Positions 53,474 through 64,000 of a stretch of DNA of 64,000 bases are shown here, in pieces. The DNA comes from Obrimoposthia wandeli (Eukaryota), in NCBI GenBank assembly GCA_977020255.1, contig CDROCS010003840.1:1-64000 (forward strand). The letters run 5' to 3'. The translations under genes and the position numbers were made by a program. The notes below the pieces were generated by a model, which saw nothing but the letters and a program-made list of their open reading frames with translations, was not told where the DNA came from and ran no database searches. Within the stretch, counting starts at the first letter, position 1, and each line of letters begins with the position of its first letter.

Positions 53474-54352
53474 TTAGCTTAATGCAAAAAACTGACTCGC
53501 AAATTCAATGAATATGCGAAGCTTTTCTGGTTGGTAATCTCGATGGTTGTAAAGGATATAGACTTCACGAGGGTTTGCAGACCAGTTATCTAGAACACGT
53601 ACAAGCTCGCCAGACTCAATGTATTGCTCTAGCATAGCATCTGGCATTAGTGTAATGCCTAAACCTGCACAGCATGCCTTACGAACGACATTAAGTTGAT
53701 TTGCTTCAAAGTGACCACGTTCATTGATAGTAACGGTATCACCATTGTGATCTGAGATACGCCAACGTAGTAGTGGGTTACCTTTTAGCAAGGTATGATC
53801 ATGAAGATCTTGAGCATGTTTAGGTTCTGGGTTGTTTTTGAGATAAATAGGGCTCGCAACCAGAATATCTTTTACAGCGCCAATGCGGCGGGCGATAAGC
53901 GTAGAATCACGCTGTGGGCCGACTCTAAACATAATATCCCAATCAGTTGGATCTAACTGTTCGGGCTCGCTACTCATATGCAATTCAATATTTATTGCAG
54001 GGTGCTTTAGCATAAATGCATTCAACATTGGCTGTAGCAGCACTTTTGTTAAATTAGATGGTGCAGCTATTTTTAACTTACCAGCAGCCCCTTTACATTC
54101 TTCACTAATGTGCTCCGTTGTATCAACAAGCTGTTGAAGTAAGGGGGCACAATCATCATAAAATTTTTGTCCAGCTTCGGTTAATGACAGTTTACGAGCG
54201 TGACGGTTGAGTAATCGAAGGTTCAAACATTCTTCCAAGGCTTGAATACGACGGGTTAGAGTTGCTACCGGCACTTGTGTTTTGCGAGAGGCACCCGTGT
54301 AGCTGCCATTCTCGACTACCATGCGGAATAAATTTAAATCATCAAGTTTCAT
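53474..54352 (-). CDS. aphB: LysR-type regulator, AphB orthologue
   Basis: MKLDDLNLFR.VVENGSYT, LLNRHARKL, FRVGPQRDS, YNH...QPEK match V. cholerae AphB as I recall it. Divergent from a response regulator, as in Vibrio. Confidence 0.85.
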   Translation of the reverse strand: MKLDDLNLFRMVVENGSYTGASRKTQVPVATLTRRIQALEECLNLRLLNRHARKLSLTEAGQKFYDDCAPLLQQLVDTTEHISEECKGAAGKLKIAAPSNLTKVLLQPMLNAFMLKHPAINIELHMSSEPEQLDPTDWDIMFRVGPQRDSTLIARRIGAVKDILVASPIYLKNNPEPKHAQDLHDHTLLKGNPLLRWRISDHNGDTVTINERGHFEANQLNVVRKACCAGLGITLMPDAMLEQYIESGELVRVLDNWSANPREVYILYNHRDYQPEKLRIFIEFASQFFALS

Positions 54353-54690
54353 ATGGGATCATTTTTGAAAACTCATTACAAGGAATTGTATAACAAAATG
54401 TTTCTAAATATGTCGCTTATCTTAAAGTTTTTAATTTAAATCGCAGGTAAGCATTTTCACGCTCTTAAGTTGATGATTAGGTTTTATAAAAATGTCTGTT
54501 TTTTTGATGTGGACTGCAGAAATGAGTACTTTTTACTGTTCTTCATCCACCCTTCCTGACGAATGGGTATTTTCATTCTATGCTTCTGATAGGGAGATTA
54601 ATAGCCTTACCACCCTAATGTATTTTATTATTGATATAGGCATTTGATTAAGCTGCAGTTAATCGAAACTCATTGAGTTGATTAAATTTA

Positions 54691-55776
54691 ATGCTACTTG
54701 ATGCTTATCTGTGGAGGATACTCTCATTGCTTGAGGGAAAAGATGTACTCGTTGTTGAGGATGACCCCGTTTTTCGACACATGATCTGTGGCTTTCTAAA
54801 GAGCCAAGGATGCATGGTGCGTGAAGCAGAGGATGGATTAAAAGGGCTTCAAGCATTACGTGAAGTGATTCCTGATATATTGTTATGCGATCTTGCGATG
54901 CCTATTTTATCAGGCATGGAATTTGTCGAAGAAATATCGATGCAGTATCCGATGGTGCCTGTCATTGTTATCTCTGGTACGGGTGATATGGCAGATGTCG
55001 CGACGGCATTACGGCACGGTGTTAAAGACTTTTTGATAAAGCCGCTCGATAATATCATGGTATTAAAGGCGTCTCTTTTATCGGTGCTTAAGGCGCAAGA
55101 CTCTTCTGAGGAAGGCAGAGATTTCACGAATCAATGGTTCGGTGCGGGAGAAGATAAAAGTGTTATTGATGAAGAGCTTGAATGGCATATTCAAGAGTTG
55201 CAAGACAACCCAATTATTGCAAGAGAGTTATTGGTTGGATTGATGCCCGAAACCGAATCAAAATTTGGTGATTGGCAACTCAATTATTGCGTGCTTCAAT
55301 CTATAGACGTGCAACCTGTTTTACTCGATTACACGTGGCTAATGGATGGACGGTTAGCGTTTTACTTAGTGGATTTAGCGTCTGATAGTGAGAAAGGAAC
55401 AGCAACCACATTACTTATACGTGCACTGTTTAATGACTATATTCGTACTCGAATGGCAGATGAAAATAATTTAAATCACCTTGTTCAATTAATTGAAAAG
55501 GGGATGAAGCACTCTGATTATTCTTCGCCGATTAAAGGTTTATTTGGAATATTTAGTGCTTGTGATCGCAGCTTGAATGTTATTTCAGCAGGCTTAGGTG
55601 CAGTATTACAAACCAGTGAAAAAACAACATCCATTATGGCACAACCGTGGCTTGGTCAAGGTGCCATAAATAATGACACTATTCATTTATCATTATCAGA
55701 TTCTGGTGGCAGGTTATCTTTAAGTGAAATAGGTTCGGCAAGTTTCAGTGTCACACTGAAGCGATTGGATACGTGA
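54691..55776 (+). CDS. rssB: RssB-like response regulator (REC plus degenerate PP2C-like domain)
   Basis: VLVVEDD, LLCDLAMP, DFLIKP. Position next to aphB matches the Vibrio rssB locus; the start codon is uncertain. Confidence 0.7.
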   Translation: MLLDAYLWRILSLLEGKDVLVVEDDPVFRHMICGFLKSQGCMVREAEDGLKGLQALREVIPDILLCDLAMPILSGMEFVEEISMQYPMVPVIVISGTGDMADVATALRHGVKDFLIKPLDNIMVLKASLLSVLKAQDSSEEGRDFTNQWFGAGEDKSVIDEELEWHIQELQDNPIIARELLVGLMPETESKFGDWQLNYCVLQSIDVQPVLLDYTWLMDGRLAFYLVDLASDSEKGTATTLLIRALFNDYIRTRMADENNLNHLVQLIEKGMKHSDYSSPIKGLFGIFSACDRSLNVISAGLGAVLQTSEKTTSIMAQPWLGQGAINNDTIHLSLSDSGGRLSLSEIGSASFSVTLKRLDT

Positions 55777-55887
55777 TAAGCGATACAGAGGAAGAGGAGG
55801 GAGAAAGCGTTTATACGAAAGGAAGTAGGGCGAGTATTAAGAATCGGGATTCTAACACTCGCCCTGGTTTTAGCTAAAAACTATGAA

Positions 55888-57273
55888 TTATGCTTCTACA
55901 GCTTTACCATTCACATCTTCAACTACTTTTCCTTCCGCTCCATGCATCCAACGAACAAGTTGGTTTGAGCAAAGAAGTAGTAATACGCCTGCAACTACTG
56001 CAGCAATTGCGATACCACTGAATATAGCCATTGGACCTGATTCACCCATTAAAGAACCAATAATACCCGCGACATAGTTAGCAACCGCATTGAAGCCAAA
56101 CCATGCACCCATCATTAATGATGCTAAACGTAGTGGTGCAAGTTTAGTGACCATAGATAGACCAATAGGTGATAGGCATAGCTCTCCAAGTGTATGGAAG
56201 AAATATGCACCCACTAACCACAGCATTGACGTTTTCACTGTGATATCGCCACCTTGCTGCATTACTGCACCCATCATGAACACGAAGCCGATTGCAAGGA
56301 AGAATAAACCCATTGCGAATTTGACTGGAGAATTCGGCTCTTTAGGACCCATCTTCACCCAAAGTGCAGCAATGATTGGCGCTAATGTGATCACGAAGAA
56401 TGGGTTCAATGATTGGAACCAAGCTGCTGGTACTTCAAAACTACCAATCATGCGATCAGTATATTGCTGTGAGAAGATGTTCATCAAACCGCCAGCTTGT
56501 TCAAAGCCAGCCCAGAAGATAACAACAAACAAGCCCATAACCATGATGACTTTTAATCGGTCACGCTCTTGTAAGGTTAGTGGCTCTTTTTTACCTGATT
56601 TATTCATTTCTGCAGCGCGTTTAGCGGCGGGTACTTTACCAATGTTACCAAGGATACGTTCAGCAAAAATAAGTTGAGTGATTAAGCTGATAACCATACC
56701 AATACCAGCAGTAAGGAACCCCGCTTTCCAGCCATAAGTCATTGATGCAGAACCAGCAATAATACCTGCTAATAAAGAACCAAGGTTGATGCCCATGTAG
56801 AAAATAGTGAATGCACCGTCACGACGATGATCGCCATCTTGGTAAAGATCGCCAACCATTGTCGAGATATTTGGCTTGAAAAGGCCATTACCGACAATTA
56901 ATAACGCAAGGCCTAAATAGAATGCTGTTACCGCATTAGGGTCAATCATGCTGTGTGGTAATGCTAGTGTAAATTGACCTAAGGCCATTAATACACCACC
57001 AATGATAATTGAACGTCGTTGGCCTAAGAAGTTATCAGCAATCCATCCACCAATTAAAGGGGTGATGTAAACAAGGCCGGTGTAGATGCCGTATAAGTTA
57101 AGTGCGTCTTGTGTCGACCAACCAAGACCGCCGTTGATGGTTTTATCTGTAAGGTATAGAACTAAAATTGCGCGCATGGCGTAATATGAAAAACGTTCCC
57201 ATAATTCGGTACCAAACAGAAGAAACAAACCTTTTGGGTGACCGAGTAAGTCACCACTACTGCGATTGTTCAT
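55888..57273 (-). CDS. POT/PTR-family proton-dependent oligopeptide transporter
   Basis: ELWERFSYY, GGWIADNFLGQRR, GLFKPNISTMVG, FYMGINLG, ELCLSPIG. Confidence 0.95.
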   Translation of the reverse strand: MNNRSSGDLLGHPKGLFLLFGTELWERFSYYAMRAILVLYLTDKTINGGLGWSTQDALNLYGIYTGLVYITPLIGGWIADNFLGQRRSIIIGGVLMALGQFTLALPHSMIDPNAVTAFYLGLALLIVGNGLFKPNISTMVGDLYQDGDHRRDGAFTIFYMGINLGSLLAGIIAGSASMTYGWKAGFLTAGIGMVISLITQLIFAERILGNIGKVPAAKRAAEMNKSGKKEPLTLQERDRLKVIMVMGLFVVIFWAGFEQAGGLMNIFSQQYTDRMIGSFEVPAAWFQSLNPFFVITLAPIIAALWVKMGPKEPNSPVKFAMGLFFLAIGFVFMMGAVMQQGGDITVKTSMLWLVGAYFFHTLGELCLSPIGLSMVTKLAPLRLASLMMGAWFGFNAVANYVAGIIGSLMGESGPMAIFSGIAIAAVVAGVLLLLCSNQLVRWMHGAEGKVVEDVNGKAVEA

Positions 57274-57678
57274 AATTATTCTCTATATTTTATTATTTAT
57301 GTGTTTGCTAATGCTGCTAGTTTTATAAAGCACAAACTTTTACTCTGCAAGTTTTCACAATCATGAAATATAATGCCAACATCGCAAGTCATTGTTTATT
57401 AAGGTTATGTATTTAAATTATACAAAAGTGGAAACTAAGTTCCCCTTGAATCAAATGAAGTTTAAATCTTGTTAACCTCACCTTGATGGCTTTTTATGCT
57501 GTTTATTTGGTTTTATTTTAGTTTTTATGCTGATATTTTTACTGGTTAATGATTTTTACATTTGTAACATCTTAAGAGAGATGAATCCCAAAGTATAAAA
57601 ATGGATACATATTTTGAGTTGTTCTTTATGGTGGAATTATTATAATTTGATCAGCGTATGTAGATTGCAGAGATTGTT

Positions 57679-58176
57679 ATGAAAGATTGGTTCCTTCTTT
57701 ACTGTAAGCGAAGTGAGCAAGAGCGTGCGGTAATAAATTTGGACAGGCAAGGTGTCGAATGTTATTACCCCCAAGTTAATGTGAATAAAATTGTACGTGG
57801 TAAGCGAGTTGAAACCAGTGAGCCCCTCTTTCCTAGTTATATCTTTGTTTATTTTGATCCTGAACATTTAAGCTACACGACGGTACGTTCTACGCGTGGT
57901 GTTGCAGATTTTATTCGTCAAGGTGCCCGACCGCAAATGGTTCAGCAAGAGCTGGTATACGGTCTGATGATGAATGAAAACTGTGAAGATCACCAAGCTA
58001 AGCTCTCTCGTTTACCTATCCCTGGTGAGTGCCTACAGCTAAAGCAAGGGCAATTCAAGGGGATAGAAGCGATCTACCAAGAAGCTGATGGTGAAAAACG
58101 ATCATTTATGTTGATTAATTTATTGGGTAAGCCCGTAAAAGTCAGTGTTGAAAATGAAGACATTGTAAAAGATTAA
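57679..58176 (+). CDS. rfaH: Transcription antiterminator RfaH
   Basis: WFLLYCK, EPLFPSYIF, VRSTRGV (NGN domain) and a C-terminal KOW-like domain. Confidence 0.93.
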   Translation: MKDWFLLYCKRSEQERAVINLDRQGVECYYPQVNVNKIVRGKRVETSEPLFPSYIFVYFDPEHLSYTTVRSTRGVADFIRQGARPQMVQQELVYGLMMNENCEDHQAKLSRLPIPGECLQLKQGQFKGIEAIYQEADGEKRSFMLINLLGKPVKVSVENEDIVKD

Positions 58177-58194
58177 CCTTTAATTATTGAGAAT

Positions 58195-58229
58195 CCCGTC
58201 AATTTCAGATGAAATTGACGGGCTTTTTT
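58195..58229 (+). terminator. Intrinsic terminator after rfaH
   Basis: CCCGTCAATTTC-AGAT-GAAATTGACGGG followed by a T tract. Confidence 0.8.
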
Positions 58230-58392
58230 ATATAAGAAAGACAACAAAGAGCAAGGCTTGTATAGTTGGGACATTAAAAGCTTATATAAAACAGTGACAC
58301 ATATTTAATTACCGCTTATTAAAAATCAGCATGATGATGTTGGTGTTGGTATTGATATCACCACTATCTTTTGAAAATTAATGGAACTTATA

Positions 58393-59301
58393 ATGACGAA
58401 GACTTCCCTTGTTCGTAAAGCCGTTATCCCTGTCGCTGGTCTTGGTACGCGTATGCTGCCAGCCACCAAAGCCATCCCGAAAGAGATGTTGCCGATTGTT
58501 GACCGTCCTTTGATCCAATACGTGGTTAACGAGTGTGTTGCGGCGGGTATTAAAGAAATTATCTTGGTTACTCACTCATCAAAGAACTCAATTGAAAACC
58601 ATTTTGATACCTCTTTTGAATTGGAAGCGACATTAGAGAAACGTGTTAAGCGTCAATTGCTTGAAGAAGTACAAAGTATTTGTCCAAAAGGTGTAACGAT
58701 CATGCACGTACGTCAAGGTCAAGCGAAAGGCTTAGGTCATGCTGTATTGAGTGCTCGCCCGTTGGTGGGGGATGAACCTTTTGCTGTTGTTTTACCTGAT
58801 GTTGTTCTTGATGATGTTGCCAGTGACTTACGCACTGAAAATATGGCAGCAATGATTGCAGCGTTCAATGAAACAAAAATAAGCCAAGTAATGGTAGAGC
58901 CTGTTCCGATGGCTGATGTATCGAGTTACGGTGTTGCTGATGTGAGTGGTGTTGACTTAAAGCCCGGTGAAACCGCAGCAATGACTAAAGTGGTAGAAAA
59001 GCCAGCGCTTGAAGATGCCCCCTCAAACCTCGCGATTGTGGGGCGTTACGTGCTTCCTGCTGAAATTTGGGGAATGCTAGAACGTACCCCTGTTGGTGCC
59101 GGTGATGAAATTCAGTTAACAGATGCTATTGATATGCTGATGGAGTCTCAGCAAGTCAATGCTTTCCATATGTCAGGTAAGAGCCACGATTGTGGTACTA
59201 AGCTTGGATACATGAAGGCTTTTGTTGAGTACGGTCTGCGTCATAATAGCCTTGGTGATGATTTTACGGCTTATTTAAAAGACATGGTTAAAACACTTTA
59301 A
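58393..59301 (+). CDS. galU: UTP-glucose-1-phosphate uridylyltransferase (copy 2)
   Basis: [42 protein letters not shown]. Confidence 0.93.
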   Translation: MTKTSLVRKAVIPVAGLGTRMLPATKAIPKEMLPIVDRPLIQYVVNECVAAGIKEIILVTHSSKNSIENHFDTSFELEATLEKRVKRQLLEEVQSICPKGVTIMHVRQGQAKGLGHAVLSARPLVGDEPFAVVLPDVVLDDVASDLRTENMAAMIAAFNETKISQVMVEPVPMADVSSYGVADVSGVDLKPGETAAMTKVVEKPALEDAPSNLAIVGRYVLPAEIWGMLERTPVGAGDEIQLTDAIDMLMESQQVNAFHMSGKSHDCGTKLGYMKAFVEYGLRHNSLGDDFTAYLKDMVKTL

Positions 59302-59351
59302 ATGGGAAGTGGCGAGAGGCACCAAGGCCACTCGCTTTTTCTTTCCTGCGC

Positions 59352-60209
59352 TTAGTCCGAATGATACTGCTCACAAGCTAATAATGTATTCTCGATTAAC
59401 GTGGCGACTGTCATTGGACCCACGCCGCCAGGTACGGGGGTAATGTATTTTGCTTTCTCACGGGCAACATCATATTCCACATCACCCGCTAGTTTTCCGT
59501 TATCTAAACGATTGATACCCACATCTATAATTGTAGCCCCTTCTTTAATCCAATCTCCTGGAATAAAGTGAGGCTTGCCCACAGCAACAACCAAAATATC
59601 AGCTTGTCTTATATGGTGTTCAAGATCTTGAGTGAAGCGGTGACACGTTGTGGTTGTTGCTCCAGCTAAAAGCATTTCTAACGTCATTGGTCGACCAACA
59701 ATATTGGATGCGCCAACAATAACGGCATGTTTTCCGCGAACAGGAATGTTGTAGCGCTCTAGCAGAGTGATGATGCCTTTTGGCGTACACGAGCGTAATT
59801 TAGGAATACGCTGGCTTAAACGGCCCACATTATATGGGTGGAAACCATCGACATCTTTTTCTGGGTCGATATGCTCAAGTATTTTTGTGGTATCAATACC
59901 TGCAGGTAAGGGGAGCTGTACTAAAATCCCATCAATTTCGTTATTGGTATTGAGTTCGTTAATTAACGCTAAAAGTTCTACTTCTTTTGTGTTCGCAGGC
60001 AAATCGAATGATTGAGATATGAACCCAACTTCTTCACAAGCTTTACGTTTGCTACTAACATAAATTTGAGAGGCTGGATCTTGCCCTACAAGTACCACGG
60101 CTAAACCAGGTGCGCGCAACCCAGCGTCAACACGAGCTTTAACGCGCGCTGCTACTTCTTGTCGAACAGTTTGGGCTATTAATTTGCCATCAATAATTTG
60201 AGCTGCCAT
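59352..60209 (-). CDS. folD: Methylenetetrahydrofolate dehydrogenase/cyclohydrolase
   Basis: [30 protein letters not shown]. Confidence 0.98.
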   Translation of the reverse strand: MAAQIIDGKLIAQTVRQEVAARVKARVDAGLRAPGLAVVLVGQDPASQIYVSSKRKACEEVGFISQSFDLPANTKEVELLALINELNTNNEIDGILVQLPLPAGIDTTKILEHIDPEKDVDGFHPYNVGRLSQRIPKLRSCTPKGIITLLERYNIPVRGKHAVIVGASNIVGRPMTLEMLLAGATTTTCHRFTQDLEHHIRQADILVVAVGKPHFIPGDWIKEGATIIDVGINRLDNGKLAGDVEYDVAREKAKYITPVPGGVGPMTVATLIENTLLACEQYHSD

Positions 60210-60466
60210 GTTTTTCCTATTGGGGGAGGGCTAAGAATGAGCAACACAATTGTCTCAGATAATGTGATTCAGGTCCACCGCGCAAACGTTTGCCTTTTTG
60301 TTTGTTCGAGTACATGCCTATCATTAATCGCTAAATGGTAGGCATGCAATTGGTTAAAATCACTTCTGAGGAAAAAGATAGAGGGGATATTTCAGAGTTG
60401 AATTAAACCATGTTGTTGGAACTTTGACCGCTTAACGATTAAAGTGGCGAAATTCAGGGAAAAACA

Positions 60467-60494
60467 TTGACCTTGTATCGTAGCGACGTATAAT
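60467..60494 (+). promoter_or_regulatory. Sigma70 stable-RNA-type promoter for the tRNA
   Basis: TTGACC-16 bp-TATAAT followed by a GC-rich discriminator (TCTGCCTC). Confidence 0.7.
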
Positions 60495-60571
60495 TCTGCC
60501 TCGTAACGCAATGTTACTTCAGTGATTTCGTTTTTAGTTATCACGAACTTAGTTATTAAAAATAGTACAGA

Positions 60572-60648
60572 GCGCCCTTAGCTCAGCTGGATAGAGCACG
60601 TCCCTTCTAAGGATGTGGTCGCAGGTTCGAATCCTGCAGGGCGCACCA
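60572..60648 (+). tRNA. argU: tRNA-Arg (anticodon TCT)
   Basis: GCGCCCT acceptor stem, D arm GCTCAGCTGGATAGAGC, anticodon loop CT-TCT-AA, GGTTCGAATCC, encoded CCA. Divergent from folD. Confidence 0.97.
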
Positions 60649-61008
60649 CTTCTTTATATCTCATCCCTTTGTATCAATCACCTTTGTGTAATTGCATCTT
60701 AGCACTAAGCTATTGCCTCCTGACTTTGCCTTTTTTCGATAATTATTACTAAATTTGTCACGTAATCTGCTTTGTGTAGTCACTATTATCGATAATTTTA
60801 TTTTTTTGAAGCGCAAAATTTGATCTGATGAGGTTGAATCTTTTGCTTAATCTTTATACTTGTCATATTTCAGTTCGGTTGTTTTTGCGTCTTTTACGTT
60901 AAAAAAGCATGCTTGAAGCAGATTTTTTACTTTTCGCCCTTGAAAATCGAATTTTAGCCCCTATCTTGTCCTGAAGTTGCATTTGATTGCGGTTTGACAT
61001 TATCTGCC

Positions 61009-61037
61009 TCGACGGCACGTGATCATATCGCTATAAT
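61009..61037 (+). promoter_or_regulatory. Possible sigma70 promoter of tig
   Basis: TCGACG-17 bp-TATAAT, then GC-rich AGCGCG. Confidence 0.45.
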
Positions 61038-61238
61038 AGCGCGTTAAATTTCTAGTCCTGTGGCTTTTTGCCCTTTGAAGATGTGTCATCTTTGGAGTTA
61101 TTAAGATCAGAAGTACTAGAAATTAGCAGAATTAGAGGTGTTATGGTTTTAGCCGTAGCACGAAAGGATGCCACCGTCTTAAATGACTGTTCGGCGACAT
61201 CACTCAGGAATACTGAGTAAGATTTGAGGTTAAATAAA

Positions 61239-62540
61239 ATGCAAGTTACCGTTGAAACTACTGAAGGCCTAGAACGCCATCTAACTATTACAGTTCCTGC
61301 TGCTAACATTGAAAACGCAGTAACTGCAGAGCTGAAAAAAATTGCTAAAAACCGTCGTTTCGATGGTTTCCGTCCAGGTAAAGCACCGATGAAAATGGTT
61401 GCTCGTATGTTTGGCGGTTCTGTTCGTCAAGACATCCTAGGCGAAGTAATGCAGCGTCACTTTATCGAAGCTATCGTTAAAGAGAAAATCAATCCAGCGG
61501 GCGCACCTACTTTTACTCCAGTAGACATCGCTGAAGGTAAAGATCTTATATTTAAAGCTTCTTTCGAAGTATTCCCAGAGATTGCTTTAGCGGGTCTAGA
61601 CAAAATTGCTGTAGAAAAGCCAGCAGTTGAAGTAAAAGACGAAGACGTGACTAACATGCTTGATACGCTACGTAAGCAGCAAGCAACTTGGTCTGCCGTT
61701 GATGCAGCAGCAGAAGCTGATAGCCGCGTAACGATCGATTTCATCGGTTCTATCGACGGTGAAGAATTCGAAGGCGGTAAAGCTGAAGGTTTCGCTCTAG
61801 CAATGGGTCAAAACCGTATGATCCCTGGCTTTGAAGACGGCATCGTTGGTAAAAAAGCAGGCGAAGAATTTACTCTAGAAGTCACCTTCCCTGAAGAATA
61901 CCATGCTGAAAACCTAAAAGGTAAAGCAGCATCTTTCGCAATCACTCTACATAAAGTTGAAGCACAGGAATTACCTGAGCTAACTGAAGAGTTCATTGCT
62001 AAGTTTGGTGTTATTGACGGTTCTATTGACGGTCTGAAAACTGAAGTTCGCAAGAATATGGAACGTGAACTTAAGCAAGCTGTTAAAGGCCGCATTAAAG
62101 AACAGGTTCTTGACGGTCTTGTTGAGCAGAACGACATTAATGTTCCTGCTGCTCTTATCGACCAAGAAATCAATGTTCTACGTCAGCAAGCTGCAAAGCG
62201 TTTTGGTGGTGATGCGAAGAACACGCCTGAACTACCACGTGAGCTTTTCGAAGAACAAGCTAAGCGTCGCGTAGTTGTTGGTCTTCTAATCGGTGAAGTC
62301 ATCAAAACTGAAGAGCTAAAAGCAGACGAAGATCGCGTTAAAGCAATCATCGCTGAAATGGCTTCTGCATACGAAGATCCAACAGAAGTTGTTTCTTACT
62401 ACGAGCAGGACGAGAAGATGATGAACAACATGCGTAATGTTGCACTAGAAGAGCAAGCAATTGATGCGCTTCTTGCTAAAGCTCAGGTTACAGAAAAAGA
62501 AGTTGGTTTTAACGACTTAATGAACCAACCAGCAGCTTAA
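61239..62540 (+). CDS. tig: Trigger factor
   Basis: [23 protein letters not shown] ribosome-binding motif, FKBP domain. Confidence 0.98.
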   Translation: MQVTVETTEGLERHLTITVPAANIENAVTAELKKIAKNRRFDGFRPGKAPMKMVARMFGGSVRQDILGEVMQRHFIEAIVKEKINPAGAPTFTPVDIAEGKDLIFKASFEVFPEIALAGLDKIAVEKPAVEVKDEDVTNMLDTLRKQQATWSAVDAAAEADSRVTIDFIGSIDGEEFEGGKAEGFALAMGQNRMIPGFEDGIVGKKAGEEFTLEVTFPEEYHAENLKGKAASFAITLHKVEAQELPELTEEFIAKFGVIDGSIDGLKTEVRKNMERELKQAVKGRIKEQVLDGLVEQNDINVPAALIDQEINVLRQQAAKRFGGDAKNTPELPRELFEEQAKRRVVVGLLIGEVIKTEELKADEDRVKAIIAEMASAYEDPTEVVSYYEQDEKMMNNMRNVALEEQAIDALLAKAQVTEKEVGFNDLMNQPAA

Positions 62541-62645
62541 TTTGCTGAAATTACTGTAGAGATTTGACTTTGTTTCGAATCATCTGCTAACAATGGTCCG
62601 TGTGAGTCATTTCATTCGGGCCATTTATTTTAGGGAAATAACGTT

Positions 62646-63269
62646 ATGAGCTACCAAGAAAGAAACGCAATGTCTCCAATTACGGATGCGCTGGTTCCAA
62701 TGGTGGTCGAGCAGACTTCTCGTGGTGAGCGTTCTTACGACATCTATTCCCGATTACTAAAAGAGCGTGTGATTTTCTTGACCGGTCAGGTTGAAGATCA
62801 TATGGCTAATTTAGTAGTTGCACAGCTATTGTTTCTTGAATCTGAAAATCCAGATAAAGACATCTTCCTTTACATCAACTCTCCAGGTGGTTCTGTTACT
62901 GCTGGTATGTCAATTTATGACACTATGCAGTTTATTAAACCAAATGTGAGCACTGTATGTATGGGGCAAGCATGTTCTATGGGTGCATTCCTGCTAGCTG
63001 GTGGCGCAAAAGGTAAGCGTTACTGCCTACCTAACTCTCGCGTTATGATTCACCAGCCGTTAGGTGGCTTCCAAGGACAAGCATCGGATATTCAAATCCA
63101 TGCAAAAGAAATTCTAACTATCAAACAACGATTGAATAACCTACTTGCTGAACATACAGGTCAACCTTTAGAAGTTGTTGAAGGTGATACAGACCGTGAT
63201 AACTTTATGTCAGCAGATCAGGCGGTTGAATACGGTTTGGTTGATTCTGTTTTGACGCAGCGTGACTAA
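62646..63269 (+). CDS. clpP: ATP-dependent Clp protease proteolytic subunit
   Basis: [34 protein letters not shown]. Confidence 0.98.
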   Translation: MSYQERNAMSPITDALVPMVVEQTSRGERSYDIYSRLLKERVIFLTGQVEDHMANLVVAQLLFLESENPDKDIFLYINSPGGSVTAGMSIYDTMQFIKPNVSTVCMGQACSMGAFLLAGGAKGKRYCLPNSRVMIHQPLGGFQGQASDIQIHAKEILTIKQRLNNLLAEHTGQPLEVVEGDTDRDNFMSADQAVEYGLVDSVLTQRD

Positions 63270-63384
63270 TTCTTTCTGATGGTTTTGTTGTGCAGCTTTA
63301 CTGCGTAACGGAGCAAAATCGTAAGAATTGTTATACACTCAAAACAAAGCAATGATGGGTGTAAACCCAAAATGAGGTTAGCGA

Positions 63385-64000
63385 ATGACAGATAAGCGAA
63401 AAGAGACTGGTAGTGGAAAACTGCTGTACTGCTCTTTCTGTGGAAAAAGTCAACACGAAGTTCGTAAGCTAATCGCTGGCCCTTCTGTGTATATTTGCGA
63501 TGAGTGTGTCGATCTTTGTAACGACATCATTCGCGAAGAAATCAAAGAAGTGATGCCTAAGCGTGACGGCAATGAACTTCCGACTCCGCAAGAAATTCGT
63601 ACAAACCTGGATGATTATGTTATCGGTCAAAACCATGCGAAAAAGGTTTTGGCTGTAGCGGTATACAACCACTACAAACGTCTTCGTAATGGCGACACTA
63701 CCAGTGATGGTGTTGAGCTAGGTAAAAGTAATATTCTACTTATCGGTCCTACTGGTAGTGGTAAAACGCTTCTAGCTGAAACGTTAGCACGTATGCTAGA
63801 CGTTCCATTTACAATGGCTGATGCAACGACGCTGACTGAAGCGGGTTATGTCGGTGAAGATGTCGAAAACATCATTCAGAAGCTGCTACAGAAATGTGAT
63901 TATGATGTAGCTAAAGCTGAGCGCGGTATTGTTTATATCGATGAGATCGATAAGATTTCTCGTAAGTCTGATAACCCATCAATTACGCGTGACGTATCTG
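63385..64000 (+). CDS. clpX: ClpX ATPase (partial, runs off the window)
   Basis: [10 protein letters not shown]...ICDECV zinc finger, [16 protein letters not shown]. Confidence 0.97.
   Translation, partial: MTDKRKETGSGKLLYCSFCGKSQHEVRKLIAGPSVYICDECVDLCNDIIREEIKEVMPKRDGNELPTPQEIRTNLDDYVIGQNHAKKVLAVAVYNHYKRLRNGDTTSDGVELGKSNILLIGPTGSGKTLLAETLARMLDVPFTMADATTLTEAGYVGEDVENIIQKLLQKCDYDVAKAERGIVYIDEIDKISRKSDNPSITRDVS

Noticed and set aside
60939-60969. Sigma32-like promoter CTTGAAA...CCCCTAT upstream of tig
   Set aside because: The -10 element deviates from CCCCAT, and a better sigma70 match lies downstream.
60572-61230. tRNA-Arg as an island or prophage attachment site
   Set aside because: No integrase, no duplicated tRNA 3' end, and core gene tig follows directly.
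1-64000. CRISPR arrays, rRNA, integron attC arrays, prophage genes
   Set aside because: No regularly spaced repeats, rRNA-like tracts, cas, intI or phage motifs were found on reading.

Overview
This window is a Vibrionaceae chromosomal segment; Photobacterium is the most likely genus, inferred from gene order and protein style. The left half (1-34.2 kb) is a Wzy-dependent capsule/exopolysaccharide locus. It holds yjbEFGH (gfcABCD-like) divergent from a JUMPstart/ops-led wza-wzb-wzc, a tandem ISAs1, and an AT-rich cassette (radical SAM/SPASM, pyruvyltransferase-like, glycosyltransferases, Wzx, Wzy-like). It continues with gmd-fcl-gmm-manC-manB, a ugd tail, galU, three wecA paralogues, a glmM copy broken by IS66, a beta-CASP MBL hydrolase and an orphan yjbE paralogue. 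The stretch 8.6-23.6 kb, the 3' half of IS66 and a group II intron ORF are full of frameshifts. That could be unpolished long-read sequence, real decay, or both. The right half is mostly intact core genome: mnmC, fabB, pdxB, asd/usg, fimV(hubP), truA, accD, folC, dedD, cvpA, purF, aphB, rssB-like, a POT transporter, rfaH, galU, folD, tRNA-Arg(UCU), tig, clpP and partial clpX. A group II intron sits right after the purF terminator. The most interesting leads are a radical SAM/SPASM gene one base away from fusion with a pyruvyltransferase-like gene, an intact mnmC with a degenerate methyltransferase domain, an Asd paralogue lacking its catalytic Cys, and a structured fabB 3' UTR resembling a FarS-type sRNA locus. 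No CRISPR, rRNA or prophage was seen.
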